From a virus: a stretch of 64,000 bases of DNA. The notes under the pieces are model-generated. The model did no database searches, was not told where the DNA came from, and saw only the letters and a list, made by a program, of their open reading frames with translations. The DNA lies in IMG/VR virus record IMGVR_UViG_3300025009_000052; one strand, given 5' to 3'. Below are positions 38,092-46,626 of the stretch, one piece after another. How positions within the stretch are numbered: position 1 is the stretch's first letter; each line of letters opens with the position of its first letter. The translations under genes were made by a program, and so were the position numbers.

Positions 38092-38119
38092 CAATCTTTA
38101 ACAAAACAAAGGGATTAGA

Positions 38120-39118
38120 ATGTCTATTTTTGCCGGAGATCTTATCGTAAAAACAGCAATCGAACTTGCTATTGAGGACATGCGTAAAAATCCTTGGCTT
38201 ATTGAGGATATTTTCAGCTCATTAATAGAAAACCCATTTTTAAAAGAAAAATACGGATTAGCCGAAATCAATAGAGCCAAAGAATTTATTTTAAATAATA
38301 AAATACCGGTATATTTAAAAGGCCGTATAGATAAAGAGGAATTCCCTTGCATAACCCTATCTATTGGGTCTAGTGAAGAAATGGACTCTTTAGCTACTTT
38401 GGGTGATTTATCCGATGAAGTTGTTGATTTACTACCTAGCAATATTAACAAGTCCATTAGATTTATAGTTCCTCCGTTTAATATCGTTTCTTACGATAAA
38501 GACAATGGAATTGTTGAAGTACCTGAATCTATTGAAGAATATAGATATATTGGTGCGGGAATGATTTTAGTTGACCCAAATACTGGTGAGGGATTTACAG
38601 TACTAGATAAAGCAGGAACTAATGGATTACAAATAGCTGCCGGGTCTGATTTAAAAAGCAGTAAAATGGGAATTATTCCGCAATATCAACTATATAGGGC
38701 TAGAAGAGAAAGAATAATTTCCAAAGAATCCTATAACATTGGATGTCATGCTCATGGTGATCCCAGTTCTTTGATTTTTCTATATTCTGTCGTAAAATAC
38801 GGATTGTTGAGATATCGAGAGTCTTTATTGGAAAGAGAGAATTTTCAATTATCTTCAATATCTTGTACGGATATGGTTCCAAATGAAGCTTTTGGAGTAG
38901 AAAATGTATTTTCTAGATACATAGTGTTAAGAGGCCAAACAGAAGAGTCTTGGATTAAAGGGCCCAAGAGAATAATTGAGGCTGTTGATCTTTCTGAAAA
39001 TATTGGAATTAACGAAGTCGTTTTAGATAAGGGTATTAAGATATTAAGTCAAGATGCTCCAGAAGAATATAGTGGGGACGATCAAACTTGGATTACAATT
39101 GACGACGATGAGGAATAA
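38120..39118 (+). CDS. Probable tail completion/terminator protein
   Basis: EFPCITLSIG, YNIGCHAHGDP; position before the sheath. Confidence 0.55.
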   Translation: MSIFAGDLIVKTAIELAIEDMRKNPWLIEDIFSSLIENPFLKEKYGLAEINRAKEFILNNKIPVYLKGRIDKEEFPCITLSIGSSEEMDSLATLGDLSDEVVDLLPSNINKSIRFIVPPFNIVSYDKDNGIVEVPESIEEYRYIGAGMILVDPNTGEGFTVLDKAGTNGLQIAAGSDLKSSKMGIIPQYQLYRARRERIISKESYNIGCHAHGDPSSLIFLYSVVKYGLLRYRESLLERENFQLSSISCTDMVPNEAFGVENVFSRYIVLRGQTEESWIKGPKRIIEAVDLSENIGINEVVLDKGIKILSQDAPEEYSGDDQTWITIDDDEE

Positions 39119-39171
39119 TAATCTTTAATTTATATTTATTTACGAAAATAATAAGGTAACTGGTTGAATTT

Positions 39172-39453
39172 ATGGATAAAAAAACCTATACACCGTTAGA
39201 AGTCGCTTTAGAACTCAAAAAAAGCCTATATAAATCTGTTAAAAAAGCCCTAAATTCTAAGGAAGGCTATAAAGAAAAAACTAAAGATGTGGTAGCCGAT
39301 GTTCTAGATCCTGATTTTGTAGCGGAAGCCCCAGCTAGTGATGTTCCACCTTCCAAAGAAGGTGTTTTGTGGAAAAACAAAGGAATTGGTAAGCTTAAGA
39401 AGTTTAAAAACAATATAAAAATCAAGAAAAGTCAAAATAATAGTAATCTTTAG
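39172..39453 (+). CDS. Small putative internal head protein
   Basis: Dense LKKS/LYKS/VKKA/IKKS motifs; leader similar to the next gene. Confidence 0.55.
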   Translation: MDKKTYTPLEVALELKKSLYKSVKKALNSKEGYKEKTKDVVADVLDPDFVAEAPASDVPPSKEGVLWKNKGIGKLKKFKNNIKIKKSQNNSNL

Positions 39454-39479
39454 GAAGTTACAAATAACGAGGATAAAGT

Positions 39480-40781
39480 ATGGAAAATATTAACAAAAAG
39501 TATACAGCAGCAGAAGCGGCTATTAAGATTTTAGACCATGTTAAAAAAATGTATCAAAATAGTAACTTAAAAAAATCAAATACTGCTCATGAAATTGAAG
39601 CTGGATCGGAGCCCGTTACTCAAAATACTGAATGTCCCGAGCAATTAGCTGCTAGTAAATCACTTAAATCTGCTAAGAAAAAACATAATGATAGTGGAAA
39701 TACTGAATTAGATGGTGAGTCAGAAGACATTGATAATGAAGATGTTGAGTCAGAAGATGGTGAAGAGATTCCAGATCATGAGCAAGGCTTATCTCCTGAG
39801 GAAAAAGAAATTCATGACTCTACCGAGTCCGAAAGTGACGAAGAAGAATTAGAACAGCAAGCAGATGCGGAAGCTCACGAAAGAGACGAATATGACGACG
39901 ACGATATTGAAGAGGAAAGTGAGTCTCCAGAACAACAAGAGGGTGACGAGAACGTAGAAGAACATGAAAAATTAGAATCCGAAGTGGAAGACAATGAAAA
40001 AGATGAAAAAAAAGACGGCGAAAAAATAATTGATAAAGTAACTAAGGACAAAAAACCAGCTTTTATGAAAGCCGAAGTAGATAAAGCTTGTGGATTAAAG
40101 TCCCCTAAATTAGGTTCTTTTTTAAAAAAGAGGGAATTAAAGAAAGCTATAGTTGACGAGGGCAAGTCCGATGATAAAAAAAGAGAAGATAGAATAAAAA
40201 GAGGAAACGATAGAATAGTTGTTGGTTCTCAGAAAGTTTTTGGTAGAGATAAAGGTGTTCATAAGCCGTACCATGGAGAAGGATCTTCAAACGTAGGTGA
40301 AAAAACCAGATTTTCTAGGAAATATAAAGAAGTTCCTGCGATTAGACGTGCAACACAAGAATCTGCCAAGGATGAGGTTAAATTAAAAATAAATGAACAA
40401 AAACAAATGAAAAAACCCAACCTTCCTAAGTCAGAAGAGGCTAGTTTAGAAAAAGCTAAGCCAGCTAATAAGCCAAGTAAGGATATTAAACATATTTCTG
40501 AAAAAAGATTACAAGATAGGGATAAATTTAAAGAACAAAGAGAAGCTGGCAAAGACCCTATCCAACAAATGAGAATTGCCAATAATAAAAAGAAAGCTGC
40601 TAAAAAAGTAGTTATTGTAGATAAAGAAAGGGGTAATAAACAATCAAGAAAAGTGGTAGCCACTAAGAAAGTGGAAAAAATGTTAGGGATGAGTAATTTA
40701 CCTAGCAATTCTGGTAACCCCAAAGATGCTTATAAGAAACCAGAAACCCCAAAACCACCTAAAGTAAACGAAGGGTATTAA
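39480..40781 (+). CDS. Disordered acidic/basic putative internal head protein
   Basis: LKKS, FMKA, VDKA, LKKA, LPKS, LEKA punctuate low-complexity segments. Confidence 0.6.
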   Translation: MENINKKYTAAEAAIKILDHVKKMYQNSNLKKSNTAHEIEAGSEPVTQNTECPEQLAASKSLKSAKKKHNDSGNTELDGESEDIDNEDVESEDGEEIPDHEQGLSPEEKEIHDSTESESDEEELEQQADAEAHERDEYDDDDIEEESESPEQQEGDENVEEHEKLESEVEDNEKDEKKDGEKIIDKVTKDKKPAFMKAEVDKACGLKSPKLGSFLKKRELKKAIVDEGKSDDKKREDRIKRGNDRIVVGSQKVFGRDKGVHKPYHGEGSSNVGEKTRFSRKYKEVPAIRRATQESAKDEVKLKINEQKQMKKPNLPKSEEASLEKAKPANKPSKDIKHISEKRLQDRDKFKEQREAGKDPIQQMRIANNKKKAAKKVVIVDKERGNKQSRKVVATKKVEKMLGMSNLPSNSGNPKDAYKKPETPKPPKVNEGY

Positions 40782-40782
40782 T

Positions 40783-41067
40783 ATGGCAAAAATAAGAAAA
40801 ATAGAGAAAATTGAGGAAAATATTATGAGTCCTGAAGATAAAGTAAAGATAGCTAGAGATAGAAGGATTAGAAAAGCTGGTCTAACTATTAAGCAAGTTG
40901 AAGAAAATGTTAGAGAAGAGTTTAGAAAGTATTTTAGCAAAGTTAAAAGACAATTAAAACTTTCTAACGAACTAGAAGAAATAATCTGGCTACACTTTAA
41001 AGCTATGGGTTTTGATAGTTCAAGTAAGTTTAACGAAGGTTTATGTCATTTTGGGTACAAAATATAA
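40783..41067 (+). CDS. Hypothetical pre-sheath protein
   Basis: In operon directly before the sheath. Confidence 0.6.
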   Translation: MAKIRKIEKIEENIMSPEDKVKIARDRRIRKAGLTIKQVEENVREEFRKYFSKVKRQLKLSNELEEIIWLHFKAMGFDSSSKFNEGLCHFGYKI

Positions 41068-41085
41068 TTAATAAGGAGATATAAT

Positions 41086-43671
41086 ATGTCACAACGCTTA
41101 ACAGAATCTTTTGTAAATACGAATTTACCCGGTTCATATATTGACCCAAAAGTAAAATCGACACCAGTTGGAGTCTCTAGTTCTGGTAATATTGTTATTA
41201 TTGGTGAGGCTTCTGGTGGAGCTGTTTGTAAAGGAATTGATAGTGTAAATGGAGATATCTTAAAAGATAATTACTTTACACCAACTCAAGCCGATAGGGT
41301 TATTCGTAAATATATTAGTGGCCCAATCGTAGATGCTTTTATGGCTTTAGCTTCTCCTAGCTCAGACGCCAACATTAGTGGATCGGCTAATAAAATTTAT
41401 ATCGCTAAAACCAATCAAGGCGAACAGGCTTCCGCACTTATGGACGCTAGTTATGGAACACTTACTGATAAAAATTACGGAATTGATGGTAATAAATATT
41501 ACTACAATGTAACCCAAACAAAATCAGAAGTCGCCCCCTCTATTACTTCAGACGCCATTACTTTTAATGCTACGGAAGAAGAAGGAAGTATTTCTGTAGA
41601 TCAAGCAGGAATGGCTGATGGGGATTATTTTTATATTGCAGCTCAAGATGGCACTAAATATGCCGTTGCTTTAGATACTACTGGTGGAGCCCTTGTAGTT
41701 CCTACCGGCGCACATTATGTTGCTGCTACCCATAAAGTAGTTTTAGATGTTTCAAGTATTGGAACGGACGCCGATTTAGCAACTGCTATTATTGGTGCTT
41801 TTAATGGACTTACTAGTTTTACGGCTAAAGTAACTCTTGTAGATAATACCTCCGCTGTAATTGGAATTAATCAAATAGTTGCTGGTGTTGTTGCAGAATT
41901 ACCAAATGCTTATGATGATAACGATTCTGTCAGTGGCGCTTCTGTTGGCGCATGTGCAGTAGCTTATGTTGCTTCACAAACTGGTGATAGTGCAGACGGC
42001 TCAATTTTTAACGGACTATCTTTTTCAGTAAGAGTTAATGGCGGTGCAATTACCGTGGTTACCTTAAGTAGTGTTGAATCTGCTCACGATACTGTAGCCG
42101 AATTAGCTTCTGAAATAGATGCATTGCTTCCTTCTGGTATTTCATGCGTTGCTTCTGGAAACCAATTGGTATTTGCTTTAGATACTTTAACTGACGATCA
42201 AGCAAACGTTCTAGGATATGGAAGAAGTTTTGAATTAATCGATTCTTCACTTGGTGATTTGGCCGCTATAGAATTAGCCGCTGGATTAGTAGTATCTAGT
42301 CAAGAACCTGAAATTCAATTAGATATTAACAGAAAAGACAATAATACTAATGAACAATATTTGGTAGCTGCTGAAATAGCTATGAAAATTGGATATGCTG
42401 GAACTACCGCTACTTGTACTATTAATAGTACGAATTTAACCACTACTGTAGTTGGCGGAGCTGGGGCCAATTTAAACATTATTCTTTCTCAATTTAATAC
42501 TATTAAAGATTTGGCTGATTTTATCAATTCACAAACCGACTATACCGCTTCTGTGGTAGAATCTTCAACACAAAAATCTCCATCTGCATTAGATCAGGTT
42601 TCTGCTGTAGGAATTTGTGGGGATGAAGCTGGTAGAATTAAACGAGCTCTTTATAATTTTGAATCTAAAGTCGGTGAGTCTTCTGTATTGGATTTTGTGG
42701 CTATAGCCGTAAAAGGATTACCTTTAAAGAAATCTTCTGTTTCTTACTTAGAAGATGGAGAAAAAGGTGCTACTTCTGCCTCTAATATAGTTTCTGCAAT
42801 AGCTGATTTGGAAGGTATTAAAGCTAACTTTGTAATTCCACTGTTCTCAAGAGACGCTTCTGATGATATTGCTGATGGATTGACGGATTCCGCATCTACA
42901 TACTCTATCGATGCTATTAACGCATTGGTTAAATCCCATGTGTTAAAAATGTCTACTCCTAAGATTAAAAAATATCGACAAGCTTTCTTGTCTTTCTGGG
43001 GATCTTATGCAGACGCTAAAGCTAAATCTAGCTCATTAGCACATTATAGAGCTGCGGTTTGTATGCAAAAAACCAGTCAAGTTAATAGTTTTGGAACAGT
43101 AGTTAGCTATTTACCGTGGCATACTGCATGTATAGCTGCTGGAATGCAAGCTGGCGGTTTCTACAAGGCAATTGTTAATAAATTTGCTAACGTAATTAGC
43201 TTTGAAGACCCAACCGGTTTTGATAGTGGAAATCCAAGTGATTTAGAAGACGCTTTGGATGCTGGACTTTTAGTTCTTGAAAAAGCTGTTGTTGGGAATA
43301 AATTCGTAAGTGATCAGACCACCTACGGTGTTGATACAAACTTTGTGTACAATAGTATCCAAGCCGTTTATGCTGCTGATTTAGTTTCTCTAGATTTAGT
43401 AGAAAGTTTTGGAGCCGCTTTTGTTGGTCAATCACTAGCAGATGTAGATGCTGCAACTGGACTTTCATTTTTAGCCTATAAAATGGATAGTTATAAAAAA
43501 CAAAAACTTATAGCCGCAAGTAGTGATGCTCCATTGGGTTTTAAAAATGCTAAGGTTGAGTCTGTTGGGCCAATTTTAAGAGTTTCTGTTGAGATAAAAT
43601 TGGCAACAGCGATATATTTTATTCCTATTAATTTAGATATTAGTCAAATATCAAGTAGCGCAGAAGCGTAA
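41086..43671 (+). CDS. Tail sheath protein
   Basis: PGSYID...IVIIGEASGG N-terminus; DQTTY...FVYNSIQ...IYFIPI C-terminus; followed by the tube gene. Confidence 0.92.
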   Translation: MSQRLTESFVNTNLPGSYIDPKVKSTPVGVSSSGNIVIIGEASGGAVCKGIDSVNGDILKDNYFTPTQADRVIRKYISGPIVDAFMALASPSSDANISGSANKIYIAKTNQGEQASALMDASYGTLTDKNYGIDGNKYYYNVTQTKSEVAPSITSDAITFNATEEEGSISVDQAGMADGDYFYIAAQDGTKYAVALDTTGGALVVPTGAHYVAATHKVVLDVSSIGTDADLATAIIGAFNGLTSFTAKVTLVDNTSAVIGINQIVAGVVAELPNAYDDNDSVSGASVGACAVAYVASQTGDSADGSIFNGLSFSVRVNGGAITVVTLSSVESAHDTVAELASEIDALLPSGISCVASGNQLVFALDTLTDDQANVLGYGRSFELIDSSLGDLAAIELAAGLVVSSQEPEIQLDINRKDNNTNEQYLVAAEIAMKIGYAGTTATCTINSTNLTTTVVGGAGANLNIILSQFNTIKDLADFINSQTDYTASVVESSTQKSPSALDQVSAVGICGDEAGRIKRALYNFESKVGESSVLDFVAIAVKGLPLKKSSVSYLEDGEKGATSASNIVSAIADLEGIKANFVIPLFSRDASDDIADGLTDSASTYSIDAINALVKSHVLKMSTPKIKKYRQAFLSFWGSYADAKAKSSSLAHYRAAVCMQKTSQVNSFGTVVSYLPWHTACIAAGMQAGGFYKAIVNKFANVISFEDPTGFDSGNPSDLEDALDAGLLVLEKAVVGNKFVSDQTTYGVDTNFVYNSIQAVYAADLVSLDLVESFGAAFVGQSLADVDAATGLSFLAYKMDSYKKQKLIAASSDAPLGFKNAKVESVGPILRVSVEIKLATAIYFIPINLDISQISSSAEA

Positions 43672-43676
43672 TATAA

Positions 43677-43698
43677 GGGGCTTCGGCCCCTATTTTTT
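43677..43698 (+). terminator. Terminator after the sheath gene
   Basis: GGGGC-TTCG-GCCCC-TATTTTTT. Confidence 0.88.
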
Positions 43699-43706
43699 GA
43701 TAAAAT

Positions 43707-44675
43707 ATGGTAATATATAAAATTACAAACACTATCAATGGTAAGATCTATATTGGTCAAACCGTCAACTTAAAGATGAGGTGGAAAGCTCACTTGAAAT
43801 GTGCATTAAAATCTAAATACCCCCTCTATCGGGCTATGAGAAGATATGGAACCCATGTTTTTAAAATAAGCCAAATATCAAAATGCGACAGTAAAGAAAT
43901 GATGAACCATCGTGAAATATATTATACTAATTTATTTAATAGTACTATTCCTAATGGATATAATATATCTATCGGGCCCAACGATCGTTCATCTGATATT
44001 GCTTTAAAATGGAGGAAGTGTAGGTGGTTTAACATATGGTCTTTAGAAACGGGACATATTATAAATATGATGAGAAATCAGTCAGAAGCTGCTAGAAAAT
44101 ATAATGTCCAACAAAATGGGATTTACTTAAATCTAAATAAAAAACAGCCTTATTGTGGTAGGTATATTTTTTCATATATAGAAGATAAGGAAAAAATAGA
44201 ACATAGTATTAAAAGTACGATGTTAAAAGCTAGGCACAGAAAATTCAAAGTGTTTGATTCTAATAAGAATTTTATCGGAGAGTGGTCTAATATTAGTAGA
44301 TGTGCCAATTATTTAAAAATTTGCTTATCTGAATTATCCGAGGTAATGACCAATAATATTGGTTTTTACCATAATTACATATTTATATACTCCAACACGC
44401 CTAATTTCGAGCAAGTTTTGGTAGAAAAATTAGAACAGTCTAAAAAATATGTAAACAAACACTCAGATAAAAAAGTTAGGGTGTTTAAATCGTTATTACT
44501 AGTTAAACCAACTGTTAAAAATAAAGCAGTATACTCCAAAGGACAATTTGTTGGCGAATGGCTAAGTGTAGATGAGTGTTCCAAATCAATCAATATTAAT
44601 AAGGGATATGTGAAAGATTGTTTGTCTGGTCGAAGAATACATCGCAAGGGCTATATGTTTGAATATATTGATTAA
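43707..44675 (+). CDS. GIY-YIG homing endonuclease with NUMOD1-like repeats
   Basis: VIYKITNTINGKIYIGQT...RWKAH...GYN; three GEW/HTH modules. Confidence 0.9.
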   Translation: MVIYKITNTINGKIYIGQTVNLKMRWKAHLKCALKSKYPLYRAMRRYGTHVFKISQISKCDSKEMMNHREIYYTNLFNSTIPNGYNISIGPNDRSSDIALKWRKCRWFNIWSLETGHIINMMRNQSEAARKYNVQQNGIYLNLNKKQPYCGRYIFSYIEDKEKIEHSIKSTMLKARHRKFKVFDSNKNFIGEWSNISRCANYLKICLSELSEVMTNNIGFYHNYIFIYSNTPNFEQVLVEKLEQSKKYVNKHSDKKVRVFKSLLLVKPTVKNKAVYSKGQFVGEWLSVDECSKSININKGYVKDCLSGRRIHRKGYMFEYID

Positions 44676-44763
44676 TTAACAAAAACAACTAAGAAAGGTA
44701 ATCTTAAACGTATAATTGACTTTAAATAACAATCTTTAACTTAATATTTTAAGGAGTTTAGAT

Positions 44764-45219
44764 ATGGGTAAAGTATTAGTTGGACCATCGGCTGTAATAA
44801 AAGTTGATAACGTAACCGTAGGTCTTTTTGATAGTTGTAATTGGGCGGTTAATCACGGTGCAGAGGCAATTCATATTTTAGGTAGATTTAGTCCTGCTGA
44901 GATTGCTCTGACAAGTTACGAAGCTATTACTGTTAATTGTTCTGGATTTAGAATAGTTGGCAATGGTGGTCATATACTTCCTAAAGTACCGAAACTTCAA
45001 GATCTTCTAAACTTAGAAGGTGTAACTATTTCTATAGTTGATAGACAGCACCCAGAAAAACCCATTATGACCGTTATTGGTTGTGTACCTGTTAATTACG
45101 CTACTGGGGTAAATGCAAAAGCAACGTCTAGAATTCAAGTTACTTATTTGGGCCTAAAGCACTTCGACGAAAGCTCGGATTCCCAAGACGAATCTGCTGG
45201 CGCATCTAATCTTCCATAA
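44764..45219 (+). CDS. Tail tube protein
   Basis: 151 aa after the sheath; IHILGRFSPAEI...CSGFR pattern. Confidence 0.8.
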   Translation: MGKVLVGPSAVIKVDNVTVGLFDSCNWAVNHGAEAIHILGRFSPAEIALTSYEAITVNCSGFRIVGNGGHILPKVPKLQDLLNLEGVTISIVDRQHPEKPIMTVIGCVPVNYATGVNAKATSRIQVTYLGLKHFDESSDSQDESAGASNLP

Positions 45220-45231
45220 TTATATTTATAG

Positions 45232-45606
45232 GTGGATAAAATGGATAACCAAGTGCTTTACGATTTACTGAAAGAAGTTAGAGACGAACAAAGACGACAC
45301 GGCGATGAGTTAAGTTATCAGAGTGCTGCTTTGAATTTTATTCGTGAAGAAGTTAAAGTAAATACGGTAGATCTTAAAGAACATAAAGAAGGGGTTATCC
45401 AAAATCGTGAAGCATTAAGGATATTGAAAGAAGATTTTGAAAAGTCTAAAAAAGAAATAGATTCAGAAATAGATAAATTAAAAGAACCAGATAAATTTAA
45501 AAGTTGGATGTACGGTAAGTATGTTAAAATAGCTGGTATTATAACAGTTACGACAGGGGTCATAGCCGGTATATTTAAAGTTCTATCTTATTTTAAAGTA
45601 ATTTAA
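45232..45606 (+). CDS. Coiled-coil protein with C-terminal TM segment
   Basis: IAGIITVTTGVIAGIFKVL terminal helix. Confidence 0.6.
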   Translation: MDKMDNQVLYDLLKEVRDEQRRHGDELSYQSAALNFIREEVKVNTVDLKEHKEGVIQNREALRILKEDFEKSKKEIDSEIDKLKEPDKFKSWMYGKYVKIAGIITVTTGVIAGIFKVLSYFKVI

Positions 45607-45628
45607 GCCCTTTAAGTAGGGCTTTTTT
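45605..45628 (+). terminator. Terminator
   Basis: AAGCCCT-TTAAGT-AGGGCTT followed by a T run. Confidence 0.75.
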
Positions 45629-45661
45629 CGGAACTGAAGGGTCAGTTCTTAGAGGTTTGGG

Positions 45662-46372
45662 ATGGCGTTTGAAAAGACTTGGCTTCAAGTGGGGCCTCAA
45701 GTATTTATAGTAGATGGAAACGCCAACGGAACCGTCATAATATCTTCCACTAGTGGCTTCAAAGTAAAGCAAACCGTTAAAATTACAGCAATTGGTGAAA
45801 CCACACTAACTCTTGAAGTTAAAAGAGTCTTATCGCCTACCACACTTTTAGTTGGACCTAGAGATAAAGATTTCAATACCAGAACTGATTTAACTAATTA
45901 TACATTAGCTAAGTTTAGTTCTATTAGCGCAGAAGAACAAAGAAAATCTACACCAGTTTTAAATGATCGTGAAGCTGCAATCTATGAGCAAGAGCCTACT
46001 GTTGCTAAAAGAGTTATCCAAGTTGATGAGTGGGGTAGATTTTATAACAATAACAATCCAATATCAGTCAATCCAGTCGTAGATAACTCCATATCCGAAT
46101 CATATACCGGACTAATAATAAGCAATATTACTGTTGTTAATATATCACACACTTCAGGAAATAATATTAGATTCTTTTTCTTAGAATGTCCTAGTACTAG
46201 AGATCCTGATTTACCAAATGGAATTAATGACGCAATTAAATATAGTTTGGATGGGGTGGTTTATTTAGCTTTAATGAGCGGAGAGAGTATTTTTTTACCA
46301 GCTAATTGCACCAATATAAAACTTATGACTAATTTGGCAAATACTAGTTATAGAATTATAATTTGGGGATAA
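45662..46372 (+). CDS. Probable tail/fibre-associated protein
   Basis: Beta-rich, upstream of the fibre gene. Confidence 0.5.
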   Translation: MAFEKTWLQVGPQVFIVDGNANGTVIISSTSGFKVKQTVKITAIGETTLTLEVKRVLSPTTLLVGPRDKDFNTRTDLTNYTLAKFSSISAEEQRKSTPVLNDREAAIYEQEPTVAKRVIQVDEWGRFYNNNNPISVNPVVDNSISESYTGLIISNITVVNISHTSGNNIRFFFLECPSTRDPDLPNGINDAIKYSLDGVVYLALMSGESIFLPANCTNIKLMTNLANTSYRIIIWG

Positions 46373-46373
46373 T

Positions 46374-46625
46374 ATGAAAACAGGTGGAAAACAAAAAATA
46401 CAAACAGCTATTGAGACCCCTTTTGATAATAGTACAAACGGTATGGAGTCAGATAACGTTCAAGATGCTATAGAAGAGGCGTCGATAGATAATTTTTCTT
46501 ATGACGTTGTTGATGAAGATAGTATTATTACTATACCTGCTGGCCAACAAATGATAGTGGATGAGGCTATAGATATTGAAGGTGTGTTAGATATTGAAGG
46601 TAAATGTGTGATTTTAGGAGAATAA
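46374..46625 (+). CDS. Small fibre-associated protein
   Basis: FDNSTNG...NVQDAIEE motif common in tail fibres. Confidence 0.55.
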   Translation: MKTGGKQKIQTAIETPFDNSTNGMESDNVQDAIEEASIDNFSYDVVDEDSIITIPAGQQMIVDEAIDIEGVLDIEGKCVILGE

Positions 46626-46626
46626 G

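Noticed and set aside
43672-44763. Group I intron around the GIY-YIG gene
   Set aside because: Sheath and tube ORFs are intact, a terminator precedes the nuclease and there is no room for a ribozyme core
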